DNA of 63,104 nucleotides, counting the filler, from Reclinomonas americana ATCC 50394 (lineage: Eukaryota), in the NCBI GenBank assembly GCA_048213135.1. It is 7 parts of 7 records of this genome, joined end to end, with 100 filler letters (N's around TTAATTAATTAA, not from the genome) between each part and the next. Parts side by side here need not be neighbours in the genome. Positions count along the whole stretch, not along the records: positions 1 to 27,995 come from PS015818.1; 6 more parts are not named here. One strand, 5' to 3'. This document shows positions 1 through 11,550 of the stretch, in pieces. The notes beneath the pieces were generated by a model. It was not told the origin of the DNA and did no database searches. It saw only the letters and a program-made list of their open reading frames with translations. The position numbers were made by a program, and so were the translations under genes. The stretch's first letter is position 1. Each line of letters begins with the position of its first letter.

Positions 1-2
1 CT

Positions 3-737
3 CGCGACGACGAGGAGGAGGAGGAGGAGAGAGACGCCGACATGCACACGCCCTACGAGGTGGACATGGAGGCCCTGGCGCACCTGGAGCCACTGCCGGA
101 GCTGCTCGAGTTCTTTCGCGCGCGTCCCTCGCGCATCGGCACCCGTCTGTGGTGGCGCAGCGCCGAGGGTGTGCAACTGCGCACCGACTGGGCCGCCTTC
201 CTCAACGAACGCACTCCCGTCTTCATCTACAACCGCCCGCGTCGTGGCGAGGCCGACGACTTTCCCTACGGTCCACTCTTCCCGGAGCCAGAAGAGGGCC
301 GCTTTGAGGTGCAAGCCAACATGCGCAACGTGTTCATGTTCTTCCTGCACTTCTTCCCGCGCCTTGCCGCGGATTCACTGGCGCCGCCGCCCTCGCTGAA
401 CCCGAGCGTGGGCGAGATGCAAGCGCACCTCGACGCCCTCGCCGCCTTCTTCTCACGTCCTCTCGCCCGCCTGTCCATGCGCGTTCTCGAGTCCGCCGAC
501 AACGTGCTCGACGGCGATCTGTTCTTCCGCTCCGCCTCCTTCTCCATCACACTCAACGACGACGCCAAGCCGCTATGGAAGTGGGCCGTCACACAAATGA
601 TGAATAGCCGGCGGCGCATCAGCGGACACAGTCAAATCGATCCATGGTGGGAACCGTCGCAGCCAGCAGCTGCAGCCGACGAAGAGGAACAGGCGAGTCC
701 ACAATGGGAACCACCATCGCCATCCGTGGCAACTTGA
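3..737 (+). CDS. Hypothetical protein, 3' part (frame open to the window edge)
   Basis: Uninterrupted ORF with strong GC3 bias and globular-looking sequence. The frame stays open upstream of ATG 42 (RDDEEEEEERDAD) and ends at TGA 737. Confidence 0.7.
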   Translation, partial: RDDEEEEEERDADMHTPYEVDMEALAHLEPLPELLEFFRARPSRIGTRLWWRSAEGVQLRTDWAAFLNERTPVFIYNRPRRGEADDFPYGPLFPEPEEGRFEVQANMRNVFMFFLHFFPRLAADSLAPPPSLNPSVGEMQAHLDALAAFFSRPLARLSMRVLESADNVLDGDLFFRSASFSITLNDDAKPLWKWAVTQMMNSRRRISGHSQIDPWWEPSQPAAAADEEEQASPQWEPPSPSVAT

Positions 738-865
738 ATGCAGTTGCTGCTACCCGACAAATCTAGTCATGATTTGATCGAAAAAGGACATGTTCGATAT
801 CTAAATTCAGTGCAAAAAAGCTTTGCGCGCGTTGTGGCACGCGTGCACACACTCACACAGTCAAG

Positions 866-2605
866 ATGGGCAACGGATGCGCGCGGCCTCTCGCCACAAC
901 ACCTCTTCCACCACCAGCAGCCACACAGCAACAGGCGCCAGCAGCCGTGGCGGCGTCGCGCTACCTCGTGCCGTTGAAACGCGGATCGTCGCTGACACAC
1001 GTGCGACGGGTGAGCACATGCGCGGCGGCAGCGCAGGCAGCAGAAGCAGCAGAGGTGGCGGTGGTGGAGCCGACCACGTCACCACCATCGTCGCCTTCTT
1101 CACCGCCTCCACCACCAGCGCGCTTGCTGTCGCGGAGAAGAGCGTCCGAGTCGTGTGGGCAATCGGCGCTCATGGCCTTTGCGTGTCGCCAACTGCAGCA
1201 GCGTGATGCTGTGGACGAGGGCGAGGACGAGGATGAGGAGGACGAGGAGGTGGCCAGTGGTGGTCGACGATTGTTGCGTGCGCACTGGTGTTTGGTGGAT
1301 CGTCGTCGGCTCTTGCTCACTCTCTTTGAGTAGGAGGACGCAGGCGCTGCAGAGGCAGATTGACACGTTCTCGTTCTCGGAGTTGCCGCTGGAGGAGTCG
1401 GAGGCGGCGCAGTCGGAGAGGAGAACGCGGTACACGGCGGATTTGGATGTCGATGATTTGTTGCGTGCGAGGTGAAGGAAGGTGCGCGGGGCGGTTGAAT
1501 GGTTGTTGCTCACACGCGTGCGCTGTGTGGTGTAGCTTGATGTTTGCCACGGATGGAGCTGATGAGACGGGCAGCTTGAAGCGCCAGTCGGGCTTGTTGT
1601 ATGGAGGCGGCAATGCGGCAGTGGCAGTTGCGTTGTGTGTGTTGCAAACAAGGCTTGTGCGTGTGTTCGCGCTGGTGCTAACGGTGAGGCCGTGCAGCAA
1701 CGGTTGCTTCGGCGGCGACCGTCGAGTGATATGAGCGCCGACGAGGTCATGTCGAGCAGTGGCGCGGGCACACCAGAACCTGCCGCCAAGCGGCCATGTG
1801 ATGCGCGACGGACACCTCCAGCGTCGTCGACAACGCCACCACCGGCGCTGTTGCATGTGGGTGCCTCGCCGCCGTTTGTCGGTGGCAGTCGGCCACCGCG
1901 ACGGCCGCCGCTGCAGCATGCGGCCAACTCGGCACCGGGCGCGCTGTCGACGATCTTCCGGCAGCGCCTGAAGCGAGTGATGGTGCACGGGAATGCCATT
2001 GCCGATGTGGCCATGGGTGATCAGCAGGTCACAGTGACCGCGTCTTCGTCATCGCCACCGCCACCACCACCGCCACCGGCAACAGCACCAGCAACAGAGG
2101 CAGAACCAACAAATTCGGTAATGGAAGATCGAGCAATTGCCGTTGCGCCTTCCAGTGAGGGTGACGGTTCGGAGCTCGCACCGCCGCCGGTTGGTGCCTC
2201 GGTGCTGCACATTACTGCCGAGCAAGCCAACCGTGCCATCTTTATGTTCAATCGCACCAAAGTTGCGTCGCAGGTGGTGGAGAGAGGGATGAGGGCGCGC
2301 GTGACTCTTGTGGCTCATTGTGCTTTATTTGTGCAGTCTTTCCACCGTTCACTCGACGTGGACTGGTCGCGCAAGAAAAAGGCCCTGTACAGTGGCGGTC
2401 AAGACGGTACCGCCGACATATCCGTCTCTCAACTGGCCTCGCCATTGCAGCCGTTGCGTCGTCGCGCCGTCGCGGAAGAAAGGAGAATAACTTCCATGTG
2501 CTCACGATATTTGCGCGCACACACACACATAGGGTTGAGCATGATGAGTTGTCCGCAATGGCCAAGCGAATCGAAATCCTCGTAAGCCGACACACTGTCG
2601 TGTAG
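866..2605 (+). CDS. Hypothetical multi-exon protein with possible N-myristoylation/palmitoylation start (MGNGC)
   Basis: Exons join in frame through three GTTGCG..AG introns (about 1273, 1460, 1627) and later introns. Ends ...KRIEILVSRHTVV* at 2605. Confidence 0.6.
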
Positions 2606-4117
2606 AAGTGATGATTCGCGTTGTATGATTACCACCATGTATGAGAAGAAAAATGTAGGAGTGCATGTTTTATAGTTTACGCACCGCGGACCAGAAGGGG
2701 AACGACGGACCAGGTGGATGGAGGTATAAGGAACGAAGAGTGATCGACGGAGGACAACAACCGAGCTCGAGCGGAGGAACCGACGCTTCATTCGGTTTCT
2801 GACTTCAGATGGCGATCAAACGTGCAGCTATGTTGCTTCAGGATATGGTTGGACTTGGTCATCAAGACAGCTGTTGCTTGTTTGTCGGTGTGTTGCTTTA
2901 TCTCGTGCAATATCGATATCGTGAAGTCTCAGAGACCCGTTTTTTTCCAAATCAAACTGACCACGCGATTACAAAGCCTGCTGCTGACCTTTCTACAGCA
3001 TCCAATCACGAAGCACAGCAACCCTTCGCAGCTTGTGTTTCACGGCTCGACTTGTCCCAAAATCGTCCCGTGCCGGCTCTCAGACAGAGGTCCGATTTGT
3101 GCAAAGCAGGCACGCGCAACTCCCANNNNNNNNNNNNNNNNNNNNNNNNNNNNNNNNNNNNNNNNNNNNNNNNNNNNNNNNNNNNNNNNNNNNNNNNNNN
3201 NNNNNNNNNNNNNNNNNNNNNNNNNNNNNNNNNNNNNNNNNNNNNNNNNNNNNNNNNNNNNNNNNNNNNNNNNNNNNNNNNNNNNNNNNNNNNNNNNNNN
3301 NNNNNNNNNNNNNNNNNNNNNNNNNNNNNNNNNNNNNNNNNNNNNNNNNNNNNNNNNNNNNNNNNNNNNNNNNNNNNNNNNNNNNNNNNNNNNNNNNNNN
3401 NNNNNNNNNNNNNNNNNNNNNNNNNNNNNNNNNNNNNNNNNNNNNNNNNNNNNNNNNNNNNNNNNNNNNNNNNNNNNNNNNNNNNNNNNNNNNNNNNNNN
3501 NNNNNNNNNNNNNNNNNNNNNNNNNNNNNNNNNNNNNNNNNNNNNNNNNNNNNNNNNNNNNNNNNNNNNNNNNNNNNNNNNNNNNNNNNNNNNNNNNNNN
3601 NNNNNNNNNNNNNNNNNNNNNNNNNNNNNNNNNNNNNNNNNNNNNNNNNNNNNNNNNNNNNNNNNNNNNNNNNNNNNNNNNNNNNNNNNNNNNNNNNNNN
3701 NNNNNNNNNNNNNNNNNNNNNNNNNNNNNNNNNNNNNNNNNNNNNNNNNNNNNNNNNNNNNNNNNNNNNNNNNNNNNNNNNNNNNNNNNNNNNNNNNNNN
3801 NNNNNNNNNNNNNNNNNNNNNNNNNNNNNNNNNNNNNNNNNNNNNNNNNNNNNNNNNNNNNNNNNNNNNNNNNNNNNNNNNNNNNNNNNNNNNNNNNNNN
3901 NNNNNNNNNNNNNNNNNNNNNNNNNNNNNNNNNNNNNNNNNNNNNNNNNNNNNNNNNNNNNNNNNNNNNNNNNNNNNNNNNNNNNNNNNNNNNNNNNNNN
4001 NNNNNNNNNNNNNNNNNNNNNNNNNNNNNNNNNNNNNNNNNNNNNNNNNNNNNNNNNNNNNNNNNNNNNNNNNNNNNNNNNNNNNNNNNNNNNNNNNNNN
4101 NNNNNNNNNNNNNNNNC

Positions 4118-7100
4118 TCTCCCTCAATGCTCCGCGGTGGCCAAGTAGCCGACGCCGACCTCTTGCAAACATGGCTCTCTGCGCACGTGGCAGCCACAGC
4201 CAGTGTGGTGCGTGTTTTCACAGAAAAAACAATCACGTGTCCCGAGTGCACAGACAAGGGCCCGCTCACTCACTCACTCTCTCTCCCGTTCAACAGAACA
4301 CAGCAAAACGACGAGTTGCGCGCGCACTTGAAGTCTCACTACATAGCAGACACTGCCTCTCTCACTAACACACTGACAGGATGGATCACCGGGCCCGCCT
4401 GTGCGCGTCTTCACACGCTTTGAGGACTATCTGCTGGAGAGTGGTCGCGTGCGTCAACAGCGCATGGATCGTGTGCGTGAGGAGCGCGAACGAGAAGGTG
4501 CCACNNNNNNNNNNNNNNNNNNNNNNNNNNNNNNNNNNNNNNNNNNNNNNNNNNNNNNNNNNNNNNNNNNNNNNNNNNNNNNNNNNNNNNNNNNNNNNNN
4601 NNNNNNNNNNNNNNNNNNNNNNNNNNNNNNNNNNNNNNNNNNNNNNNNNNNNNNNNNNNNNNNNNNNNNNNNNNNNNNNNNNNNNNNNNNNNNNNNNNNN
4701 NNNNNNNNNNNNNNNNNNNNNNNNNNNNNNNNNNNNNNNNNNNNNNNNNNNNNNNNNNNNNNNNNNNNNNNNNNNNNNNNNNNNNNNNNNNNNNNNNNNN
4801 NNNNNNNNNNNNNNNNNNNNNNNNNNNNNNNNNNNNNNNNNNNNNNNNNNNNNNNNNNNNNNNNNNNNNNNNNNNNNNNNNNNNNNNNNNNNNNNNNNNN
4901 NNNNNNNNNNNNNNNNNNNNNNNNNNNNNNNNNNNNNNNNNNNNNNNNNNNNNNNNNNNNNNNNNNNNNNNNNNNNNNNNNNNNNNNNNNNNNNNNNNNN
5001 NNNNNNNNNNNNNNNNNNNNNNNNNNNNNNNNNNNNNNNNNNNNNNNNNNNNNNNNNNNNNNNNNNNNNNNNNNNNNNNNNNNNNNNNNNNNNNNNNNNN
5101 NNNNNNNNNNNNNNNNNNNNNNNNNNNNNNNNNNNNNNNNNNNNNNNNNNNNNNNNNNNNNNNNNNNNNNNNNNNNNNNNNNNNNNNNNNNNNNNNNNNN
5201 NNNNNNNNNNNNNNNNNNNNNNNNNNNNNNNNNNNNNNNNNNNNNNNNNNNNNNNNNNNNNNNNNNNNNNNNNNNNNNNNACTCACCACCCTCTCTCTCT
5301 CTCTTTCATTGACAGTGACACTGATCTCTCTCTCGTGTGTGTGAGCAGCTCGTCGCATCACCACAGCACCACTGACCTCGCGCAACAGTGAGAAGATCCT
5401 CGAGCGACTGCGCCAGCAAAAGGCGCGTGCGTTGGCAGAGGAGCTCTTTCATGGGATTGCCTGCAACGAGCGCGGATTCGCCGATGTCGAGGAGGTGCTG
5501 GCGCGCGCAGAGGGCATGCTGTGGACCGATGTGCACGACAAGCTGCTGGTGGAGGCGGTGTTGGATGATGTTGGTGCGTGGCATCATCCTCTTTTGCTTT
5601 GCTCCCATGCGCCCCGGCCTCACTCGTTCAGTGCGCAGTGACGGAGCTCGACAATGAGTTGCAGCAAGACGAGGAGGAGTTGATCCGCTCTGGTCGTTTC
5701 GACACTGTGGGCACCGTGTCGGCCGAGGAGATCTATCGACGCCTGATGGATCACCTGGAGCGGCCTATGCGGCAACGGCAGCAGCGGCAGGCGGATACGG
5801 CGGCGGCGGCGGCGGCTGGTGGAGCTGGCGGCGGTGTTGGTGGCAGTGCGCATGTGGCGCACTCGCTGACGGATCTGGTCATGGCGTCAGCTGCCGCCGA
5901 TCCCTCGTTCCTGCGGCCGTCGGCCTTCCGCAGTCCGCAGACGCTCAGTCCCGGCCACGGCGATGGTGCGAATGGTTTGTCGCCGTCGGCGCAACAGTCA
6001 TTGGCACTGGGCGATATCCGACGGCAGCCACCGGCTGTGGTCGCGCCGGCCCGTGCGCGCTCTTCCGTCTCACCGTTGCGTACGCCCGCCCGAAGCATGA
6101 GAGACGGTACATCAGCTCACCGCCTTGGTTTATTCTGCAGACCTCATCAGCAGCAGCGAAGCCGTGCGTCGAGCGGAGCCAGCAACCCCAGTCCTGCATC
6201 GGCTGCCGCCAATGGTGCTGTCGTTGCGGCGGCGGCGGCGGCAGCGGCAGGGGCACCTGCTCGGTCATTTGCGCCAGTGGGCGGATACGGTGCCGACTTG
6301 CCGGCCAACACCAGTCTTGTTCTCGGCACGCCCACCGCCTCGGCCATGGCCACGCGCTCGCGTGTCGAGGATCTCGTCTCCAAGGAGCTCACCTTCCGGC
6401 CGAAACTCTCGCCTCAGACGGAGCGACTTGCCGCGGCCAGTCGAAACCGAGAGAATATTGGCCAGCTGCTTGCCACTGCCGGTATGTGTCAAGGAACTCG
6501 AAAAACTCGTGAGCCTGCCGTGATCTCATCTCGTGACTCGCCCCGCAGCTGCAGAGGAGCAGAGTGGTAACAGCAATCGACTGGAGCGACTGGCACTGGA
6601 GGTGAATTTTCAGTGTTTTCATTCATTGTGAGGTGCCGCTGCAATCGACTCACACACTCGTGTGCAGAACAAGGCCAAGTACGAGAAGCTCGAATTCCTC
6701 AAGACGTTGGAGGAGCAAAAGAAGCTGGCCGAGTGCACCTTTGCCCCGCAGATTCGCCGTCGCAAGAATGAGAAACCCATGCCGCCCGGCAGCAAGGTGC
6801 TTTCTTCACCCGATGTTTTCTTCTTCTCCCTCTCTCGCTAATTCTCGCCCAACGACAGGCCGCCATGAAGCGTCTGACCACGCCACTGCGCAAGGACATC
6901 GCCAACGAACCAAAGTCGGTGGACAAGGAACTCGACGAGTGCACTTTCCAGCCAAACATCAATCGTCGCAAGGAGGATCCCAAGTGCGTCGCTTCATGGA
7001 TGTTCACAGGGGTAATCTCGTCACTCATACTTTCTATTCTCCGCACAGCTCTCCTGGGGCGAAACGTCGCGAAGAGACCGGCATGGCCCGGCGTGCAGTG

Positions 7101-8948
7101 TCGCAGCCTCGCTCAGTTGCGCCAGTGGCATTTTTCTGTGTAACAACCTGGAGATTTCTCCTTTCTCACTCTCCCTCACAGGGTCGACGAGCATCGTCCA
7201 GTGGCTACGCGCGTCAGTTTTCGATTGCCAAGGAGCTGGCAGGATCGCCGGCCTCGGTAGAGAGACAGTCGGTGTCCAAGCAGCACTACGCGCAGCCGCT
7301 GGCCACCAAGCCGGTGGTGCCGACGCTGAGCGAGGTGCTCAGTGCACATGCGTCGCCGGCACAGTCGCCCGCGGCCTCGCGCACCGTGTCCGCACCGCGG
7401 ACGCCGCGTGAAGTCGCATTGCCGGAGCCGGCACCACAGCCGCTGCACATTGTGCCAGTGGCCACCGCCGGTCAGCCGGCCGCCAGTGTTTCACCGCGAC
7501 CGCCGTCTGTGTCACCGTCGCCACTCACCACACCGCGCTCCGGGCGCAACAGCACCACTGCAGCCGCCGCATACTCGCCGAAGCAGTCGCCGCGTGAGCG
7601 CTTGCCGGCCGACGCGGGTGTACCTGACGATTCACCAACGGCGTCGCCGCGATCACCTCCCCAAGCGCATCACCACCACTATCATCACGAGACCCACAGC
7701 ACGCCCGGCAAGCCGGCGGACGCGTCGCCCGAGCTGGCCCCCCTGCACTCGCACCCGTCACCACCGAAGCAGCAGCAGCAGCAGCAGCAGCAGCATGATC
7801 ATTCCGTGGACGATGACGATGGGGATGCTGAGGATGACTTTTACGACGACGAGTTTGACGGTGACGGTGATGGAGAGGAGGAAGACGACGTCGGAAACTT
7901 TAGTGACTTTGACGTGTCGTTGCGTGCCTCTTTTTCCCTTTCTTACCGTCGTGCCGCATCTCACCTGTTTTTCCCATCGTGCTACAGTCATGCGCTTGAC
8001 AAGAGCGCCACGATCGCAAGCGCGGCTTCGACGGCCGCCACCGATGCCGTTGGTGCATCCCCGCGACCCGCCGCTGTACCTGTACTGGACGTATCGGTGG
8101 CTCACTCGTCGCCGCCGCTTCCATCGTCACAATCGCCACCGTCGTCGGGCGGACGCCCACGTGTCACCGCGCCGGCCCCGCTGTCGACTGGCTCGCCGAC
8201 GGGCAGTCCGCGAGGCACTCGTCTCGCGCACTCGCCTCCGCATGTCACATTCACGGTACCGACACCCGCATCGGCAGCAGCAGCGGCAGCTGGACGACCG
8301 CACATTGTCGCTCCGTCGGCGACCGAGGTCGCGCCGCCCGCACTCTTGCCGCCGCACGCGGCGGTCGAGCAGGACAAGCCGAGTCCGTCGGAGAACGACG
8401 GCCGCCAAGCTCCCTCGCCGCCTGCTGCCTCGTCGCCGTTGTTGCGTGCACAGCAGCAGCAGCAGCAGCAGCACCGCCACCGATCGCCGTCTGCCTCGCA
8501 TGGCGGCGACACGTCGGCCGACGAAGGCTCATCGGTGGCCTTCAACACGGACGACTTGGACATGATTGGTGGCGACGAAGACATGACCGATGCGTCGTCG
8601 ATCCAGTCGGCGTCGGAGTTGCCCGACCTCGACGCCGTCATGGGCCCATCGTCGGCTGCGGCGCCTTCGGCCGCGGCGCTGGCCGGCAAGAGACCATCGA
8701 TTGGTCTGACGGCCAAGGATTTGCTGGGTGGCAGCGGCGGCGGCGGAGCGTCGCGTCGACAGGACAGCACGCTGTCGAACAATGACGAGCTGTCGCCGGG
8801 TCCCTCTCTCTCGGCCAACGATCCACCGCGCCCGGCCGCATCGAGTGGCGCCAACTCGGCCACGCAACAGCGCTACCGCCAGGTGCTGACGTCGCTGCGT
8901 TCGGATACGGCGGAGGAGGATCAGGAGTTGTGGGGTGCCAAGTGGTGA
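4118..8948 (+). CDS. Large low-complexity protein with repeated E(L/C)TFxP motifs, possibly microtubule-associated; spans the 4505-5280 gap, 5' end in gap
   Basis: Spliced exons give ELTFRPKLS, ECTFAPQI and ECTFQPNIN motifs, then a long S/P-rich tail ending QELWGAKW* at 8948. Linking the 4118-4497 exons across the gap is inferred. Confidence 0.6.
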
Positions 8949-9042
8949 CAGCCAGGTGCCGGTCAAGGTGTTTTGCGCATAAAAAGAAATTTGGTGATTG
9001 TATGTTTTCGGAATAGGAAAGATGTTTGCTGGATTGTTTGTT

Positions 9043-10866
9043 TCACTTGACCTCGCTCGATTGTATCACTTCAACACCGAGACCACGCAGCCGCTCCAAC
9101 GCACTCGCGATGCCCGTTTCGTCAATGCCACGCGATGCATCCTGGCACACACACAGAGAGAGTGTCGGTGGAATGAAACTAAATGTCACCAGACACACAA
9201 ACACAGACGCGCACCTCAATGAGATACGTCTTGTAGCCGAGATCCACCGCATCGGCAGCCGTAAAGCTGACGCAGTAGTCGGTGGCGAGGCCGCACACGT
9301 ACACAGTGTCCACGTCGTGCTCCTTCAGCACGTGATCCAGTTGCGTCTGATTGAGTCGGAGATTGTCGAAACTGCGGCCACGAGGCGGGAGTGAGCAGCA
9401 GGCAAGAGACGAGAAATGGGAAACGACGCAACAAGGCCGAGTACGAGTCGATGCGCGGATCGGTGCCCTTTTGCACGACAATCGCCCTGGTGTGAGAATC
9501 AACAGCAGCATGAGACAACTCGCAAACGAAGAGAGAGGAGAAGAGGAGGAGGAGGAGGAGGAGGAGGCGAAAAAGAGAGAAGAACAAGAAGAAGAAGAAG
9601 AAGAAGAAGAAGGACAAAAAGAACAAAAAGAAGAAGAAAACAAGAGGAAGAAGGAGAAGGCAGAGGTGGAAGAGGAGTTCCTTCGTCAACCCATTACTGC
9701 TCATTATGCCCTTCCATTCACTTCCTCACTTCTGCGTCGCTCAGCGTTCTTTGCTTTCTTCTTCCCATCCCTTGTCTCCCTCACTAACTCAGAAGCCCAA
9801 AAAACTCCGAGTCCTAGTTGCTTCTCTCCCTTGTCTCCATCATGCCTCTTTGCCTTGTATCCTGGACTCCTGCGTCCTTTCCTCAGAAGCCCGCACATGC
9901 TCCCTTCTTCACTCCTATCATCTCTTGTCTCCTACCTCTCTATCGCTCGCTCGGAATCCAAAAAAACTCCCGAGTTCTCGATCGCGATGCTTCTCTCACT
10001 TGTCCTCATCTCTTGTCTCCTCCATCCATTCCTCAGAAGGTCGCACATGTTCCCTTCTTCACTCCTCCTCTCTCTTGTCTCCTACACCCTCTCTGCCACT
10101 CATTCAGAAGCCCCGAGTCCGCATTGCTTCTCTCACTTGTCCCCATCTCTTGTCTCCTTCGTCCTTTCCTCAGAAGCCCGCACATGCTCCCTTCTTCACT
10201 CCTATCATCTCTTGTCTCCTACGCCCTCTCTGCCACTCATTCAGAAGCCCCGAGCTCGATGATCCTCTCACTTGTCCCCATCTCTTGTCTCCTCCATCCA
10301 TTCCTCAGAAGGTCGCACATGTTCCCTTCTTCACTCCTCCTCTCTCTTGTCTCCTACGCCCTCTCTGCCACTCATTCAGAAGCCCTGAGTCCGCATTGCT
10401 TCTCTCACTTGTCTCCCTTCCCCTTCTCTCCCCCTTCCCCCTACTCCCTCCCTTGCCCCTCCCCACGCACCTCTCTCTCCCCTGCAGCTCCTCATGAAAC
10501 TCTGCCCCTCGCGTTCCCTGCACACAGTGCACGGGCCACATGACTTGCGTGTGACCGCCCTCCAGCTCCATCACCGAGAACGCAGGGCGCTGTTGCACGG
10601 TGGCAAATGACATGTGTTCGGCCGGGTGGAAGTCTTGTGACCAGATCACGACTTCAAAGAGTGGCTGGAGGCCGTTGATCAGAGGGATAATGTCGCTGGC
10701 GTGAGGCACTGCCTGCGTGGGAGACAGAAAGAGAGAGTGAGTGTGAGAGTCTGACCAGAGAGTTTGTGTTGGTGGTGTGTCTCGTGTTCGTGTGTGTGTT
10801 TACCAGACTGCCGCCTTCGCAAAAGTCGTACTGCACATCGATGACAAGCAGCGCGCGTTTGCCCAT
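9043..10866 (-). CDS. PNC1: Nicotinamidase/pyrazinamidase (isochorismatase family), 5 exons
   Basis: Motifs ALLVIDVQYDF, SQDFHP, WPVHCVQGTRGAEFH, KGTDPRIDSYSAFFDN, VYVCGLATDYCV and DASRGI reconstructed across 4 GT-AG introns. Confidence 0.95.
9530..9680 (+). repeat. Purine-rich (GAG)n/(GAA)n tract inside PNC1 intron 2
   Basis: Direct reading of gaggaggag...gaagaagaagaag runs. Confidence 0.9.
9760..10420. repeat. Tandem minisatellite, about 135-150 bp units (4 full plus a partial), in PNC1 intron 2
   Basis: cctcagaag..cgcacatg.tcccttcttcactcct recurs at 9881, 10031, 10168 and 10303. Confidence 0.9.
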
Positions 10867-11550
10867 TCTTGCGAGCGATGTCGATACACAGCGGACAGCG
10901 ACGTTGTCGTTGGTGTGTTGGTTGCATGTGCACACAGGCGCGCAGTGTTGTTGGGAGCATATATTACTGCACATGCTCGTTGGATGGAGGCGAAACGCGT
11001 GCTCTGGAGGCTGGCAGTGTCGACGTCGCGATCGGTCCGGTATTCGGAACGGAGTTTTTGGCGTGTGTCGTCTCTCTCTTTTCTCAGTGACTTTGACGGT
11101 GCGGCAGTCGTTCCGTTATGTTGGCGAACTGATGGCCTACAAGGTGACCACTTCCGCGGGGAAGGCCGACCAACCCTGCGTCGTGGGCGGTCTGAATATC
11201 GAATCGACGTCGCAGTGACCGTGTCGCATTTGCGGTTGATGGGCTCTGTTGCTTTCTCCCAACATACAACATGCACGAACTACATGTCACTTGAATACTT
11301 TCTGAGGCGAGCACGGGTGGCATGTAGCACGCGACCATTCCGCGAGAGACAAACAACGTCGACAACTTGTGTAACCTCGACTTGCAGCCAGAACACGAAA
11401 CGCAGACGATCCTCGCACACAACATCAACCGAACTACGTCTGCAGCGATCACACAACAAGCTTAAGGCCAGGAACCTGCTTGTTTCTGTGTGTCTGTGTG
11501 TTCGATAAGTCCCCTTGTGTCCGCCTCATCGTCTCCCGAGCTCGCCCGCC

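Noticed and set aside
4225..4345. Apparent C2H2 zinc finger (CPEC...HLKSH)
   Set aside because: Arises from reading through two introns; the spliced frame is different.
2809..5391. Very long ORFs in the ORF track
   Set aside because: Artefacts of translating through N gaps.
9351..10543. Long + strand ORFs with a poly-Glu stretch and repeats; the array could suggest CRISPR
   Set aside because: They overlap the PNC1 intron satellite. Units have no unique spacers and the context is eukaryotic.
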